Below are positions 62,961 through 64,000 of a stretch of DNA of 64,000 nucleotides, in pieces. Positions within the stretch are counted from its first letter, which is position 1, and every line of letters begins with the position of its first letter. This DNA is from Candidatus Bathyarchaeota archaeon (lineage in GTDB: Archaea > Thermoproteota > Bathyarchaeia > Bathyarchaeales > DTEX01), in contig JAGTQF010000002.1 in assembly GCA_018396655.1 (NCBI GenBank), positions 5,962 to 69,961 on the forward strand, given 5' to 3'. The translations under genes and the position numbers were made by a program. The notes under the pieces are model-generated. The model searched no databases. It worked only from the letters and a program-made list of their open reading frames with translations, and was not told the DNA's origin.

Positions 62961-64000
62961 TCAGTCTACTGCTTGCCTACTTATTGTACTTTTTATCTCA
63001 TTCTCTATTGATTTAAGAACCTCTTGATACCAAATTTGGCCATTTTCTATCGCGTCTATTGTGGCCTCAAGTTTTCTTGTAAGTTCTTCTGAAACTAGTG
63101 AGCCAAAATTCTTTAATAGATAATCATAAACCGCTTTTCCAAGCTTCGTATTGAAAATAGCCCTGTTATTTTCGACTATATATCGTCTCTTCAATAATAT
63201 GTCAATTATCTTCGAATATGTGCTCGGTCTCCCTATACCCTTCTCCTTCATAAGCGCTATTAAGTCACCCTCCCTATATGGCCTAACGGTAGGCTCGCGC
63301 CTAACCCTCATGCTAACAACCCTATACTCACCTTCTTTAATCTCATCCTCAACCTTAACGGTTGGATTGACCATTAAGAAGCCCGGTTCAATAACCCTCA
63401 CTATTCTGCTCTGCTTTGCCTCCACACCATTAATATTCAATTCTAGATCCTGAATGAGAACTTTAGCCTCGTTCATCTGGCTGGCAATAAATCTCCTGAA
63501 TATCATGTCATATAATTTTAGGTGGTCTCCACCGAGTTTCTGTGGTATTCTTAGGACGCCAGATGATAGGTAGAAACGTAGTTGTTTAACGCTTAGGGGC
63601 TTTGTTGGTCTTATACATTCATGTGCCCCCTCAGCCCTATACTCCCTAGGCTTAAACAGTCCAGGGTAATTCTCTTCCAAAAAGCGGCGTGCAATGTCGA
63701 TGCCGGTTGTTGAGACATTTGTTGAGTCAGTTCTATGATATGTTATAAGACCGGACTCGAATAATGTCTGTGCAAGACTCATGGTATAACCAACTGTAAA
63801 GTTTAGTTTTTGCGCTGCGTCCCTAAGCATGCTGTCAGTTGTGTATGGTGGTTGTGGATAAATCTTCTCTTCACGAAAAGCAACACTTTTAATGAGGGCC
63901 GTTAACTCGCCATCCTTAAATTTCCTCTTTAAATCATCAACATTTGGAGGATTTGTAAGTCTAACAGATAAGCCATTTTCTAATTGTATATCCGCTATGG
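62961..64000 (-). CDS. rgy: type IA topoisomerase C-terminal part, most likely reverse gyrase (5' end outside the window)
   Basis: Active-site block LFESGLITYHRTDSTNVS, preceded by YPQPPYTTDSMLRDAAQKL. I checked the frame by hand and it is open upstream of the track's Met at 63830 to the window edge. About 258 aa follow the catalytic Tyr, as in reverse gyrases. Confidence 0.7.
   Translation of the reverse strand, partial: IADIQLENGLSVRLTNPPNVDDLKRKFKDGELTALIKSVAFREEKIYPQPPYTTDSMLRDAAQKLNFTVGYTMSLAQTLFESGLITYHRTDSTNVSTTGIDIARRFLEENYPGLFKPREYRAEGAHECIRPTKPLSVKQLRFYLSSGVLRIPQKLGGDHLKLYDMIFRRFIASQMNEAKVLIQDLELNINGVEAKQSRIVRVIEPGFLMVNPTVKVEDEIKEGEYRVVSMRVRREPTVRPYREGDLIALMKEKGIGRPSTYSKIIDILLKRRYIVENNRAIFNTKLGKAVYDYLLKNFGSLVSEELTRKLEATIDAIENGQIWYQEVLKSIENEIKSTISRQAVD

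Overview
The window reads as an archaeal chromosomal segment, dense with information-processing genes. A reverse-gyrase-like type IA topoisomerase at the 3' edge suggests a thermophile.

Recognisable content:
- radA (5' partial), an NFACT/RqcH-like protein, gatCA, and ogg, tfb, gar1, srp19 and rps8e.
- The smc-scpA-scpB operon.
- A ribosomal-protein block running L22-S3-L29-Rpp29-S17-L14-L24-S4e-L5-S14-S8-L6-L32e-L19e-L18.
- aIF5B, S6e, tRNA-splicing endonuclease, GlyRS, Elp3 and ABCE1.
- Several metabolic islands between these genes.

I recognised no rRNA, tRNA, CRISPR array, transposase or integrase.

Observations worth a second look:
1. A 12.2-19.1 kb neighbourhood holds a GNAT, a KamA-type radical SAM aminomutase, two paralogous Ddl-like ATP-grasp ligases, an MFS transporter fused to a P-loop kinase-like domain, and an ORFan. 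It ends in a low-complexity locus that encodes a 42-aa poly-Glu/periodic-Trp mini-ORF. The gene set fits either a beta-lysine solute or peptide pathway, or a graspetide-like peptide-modification system.
2. A CoA-transferase is fused to a Pat-type GNAT, divergent from an ADP-forming acetyl-CoA synthetase and a stand-alone Pta-N-terminal (DRTGG) regulatory-domain protein.
3. ABCE1 has a complete Fe-S domain but no in-frame ATG, GTG or TTG. An ATT behind a strong Shine-Dalgarno is the apparent start.
4. An ADP-ribosylglycohydrolase fusion sits with xylulokinase and a divergent Rpe-like gene.
5. A membrane-anchored protein is built from three ~100-aa repeats carrying a C-x-W-x-W motif.
6. An AT-rich ORFan next to reverse gyrase has operator-like palindromes upstream.

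All functional calls come from motif recognition by eye. No database search was run.
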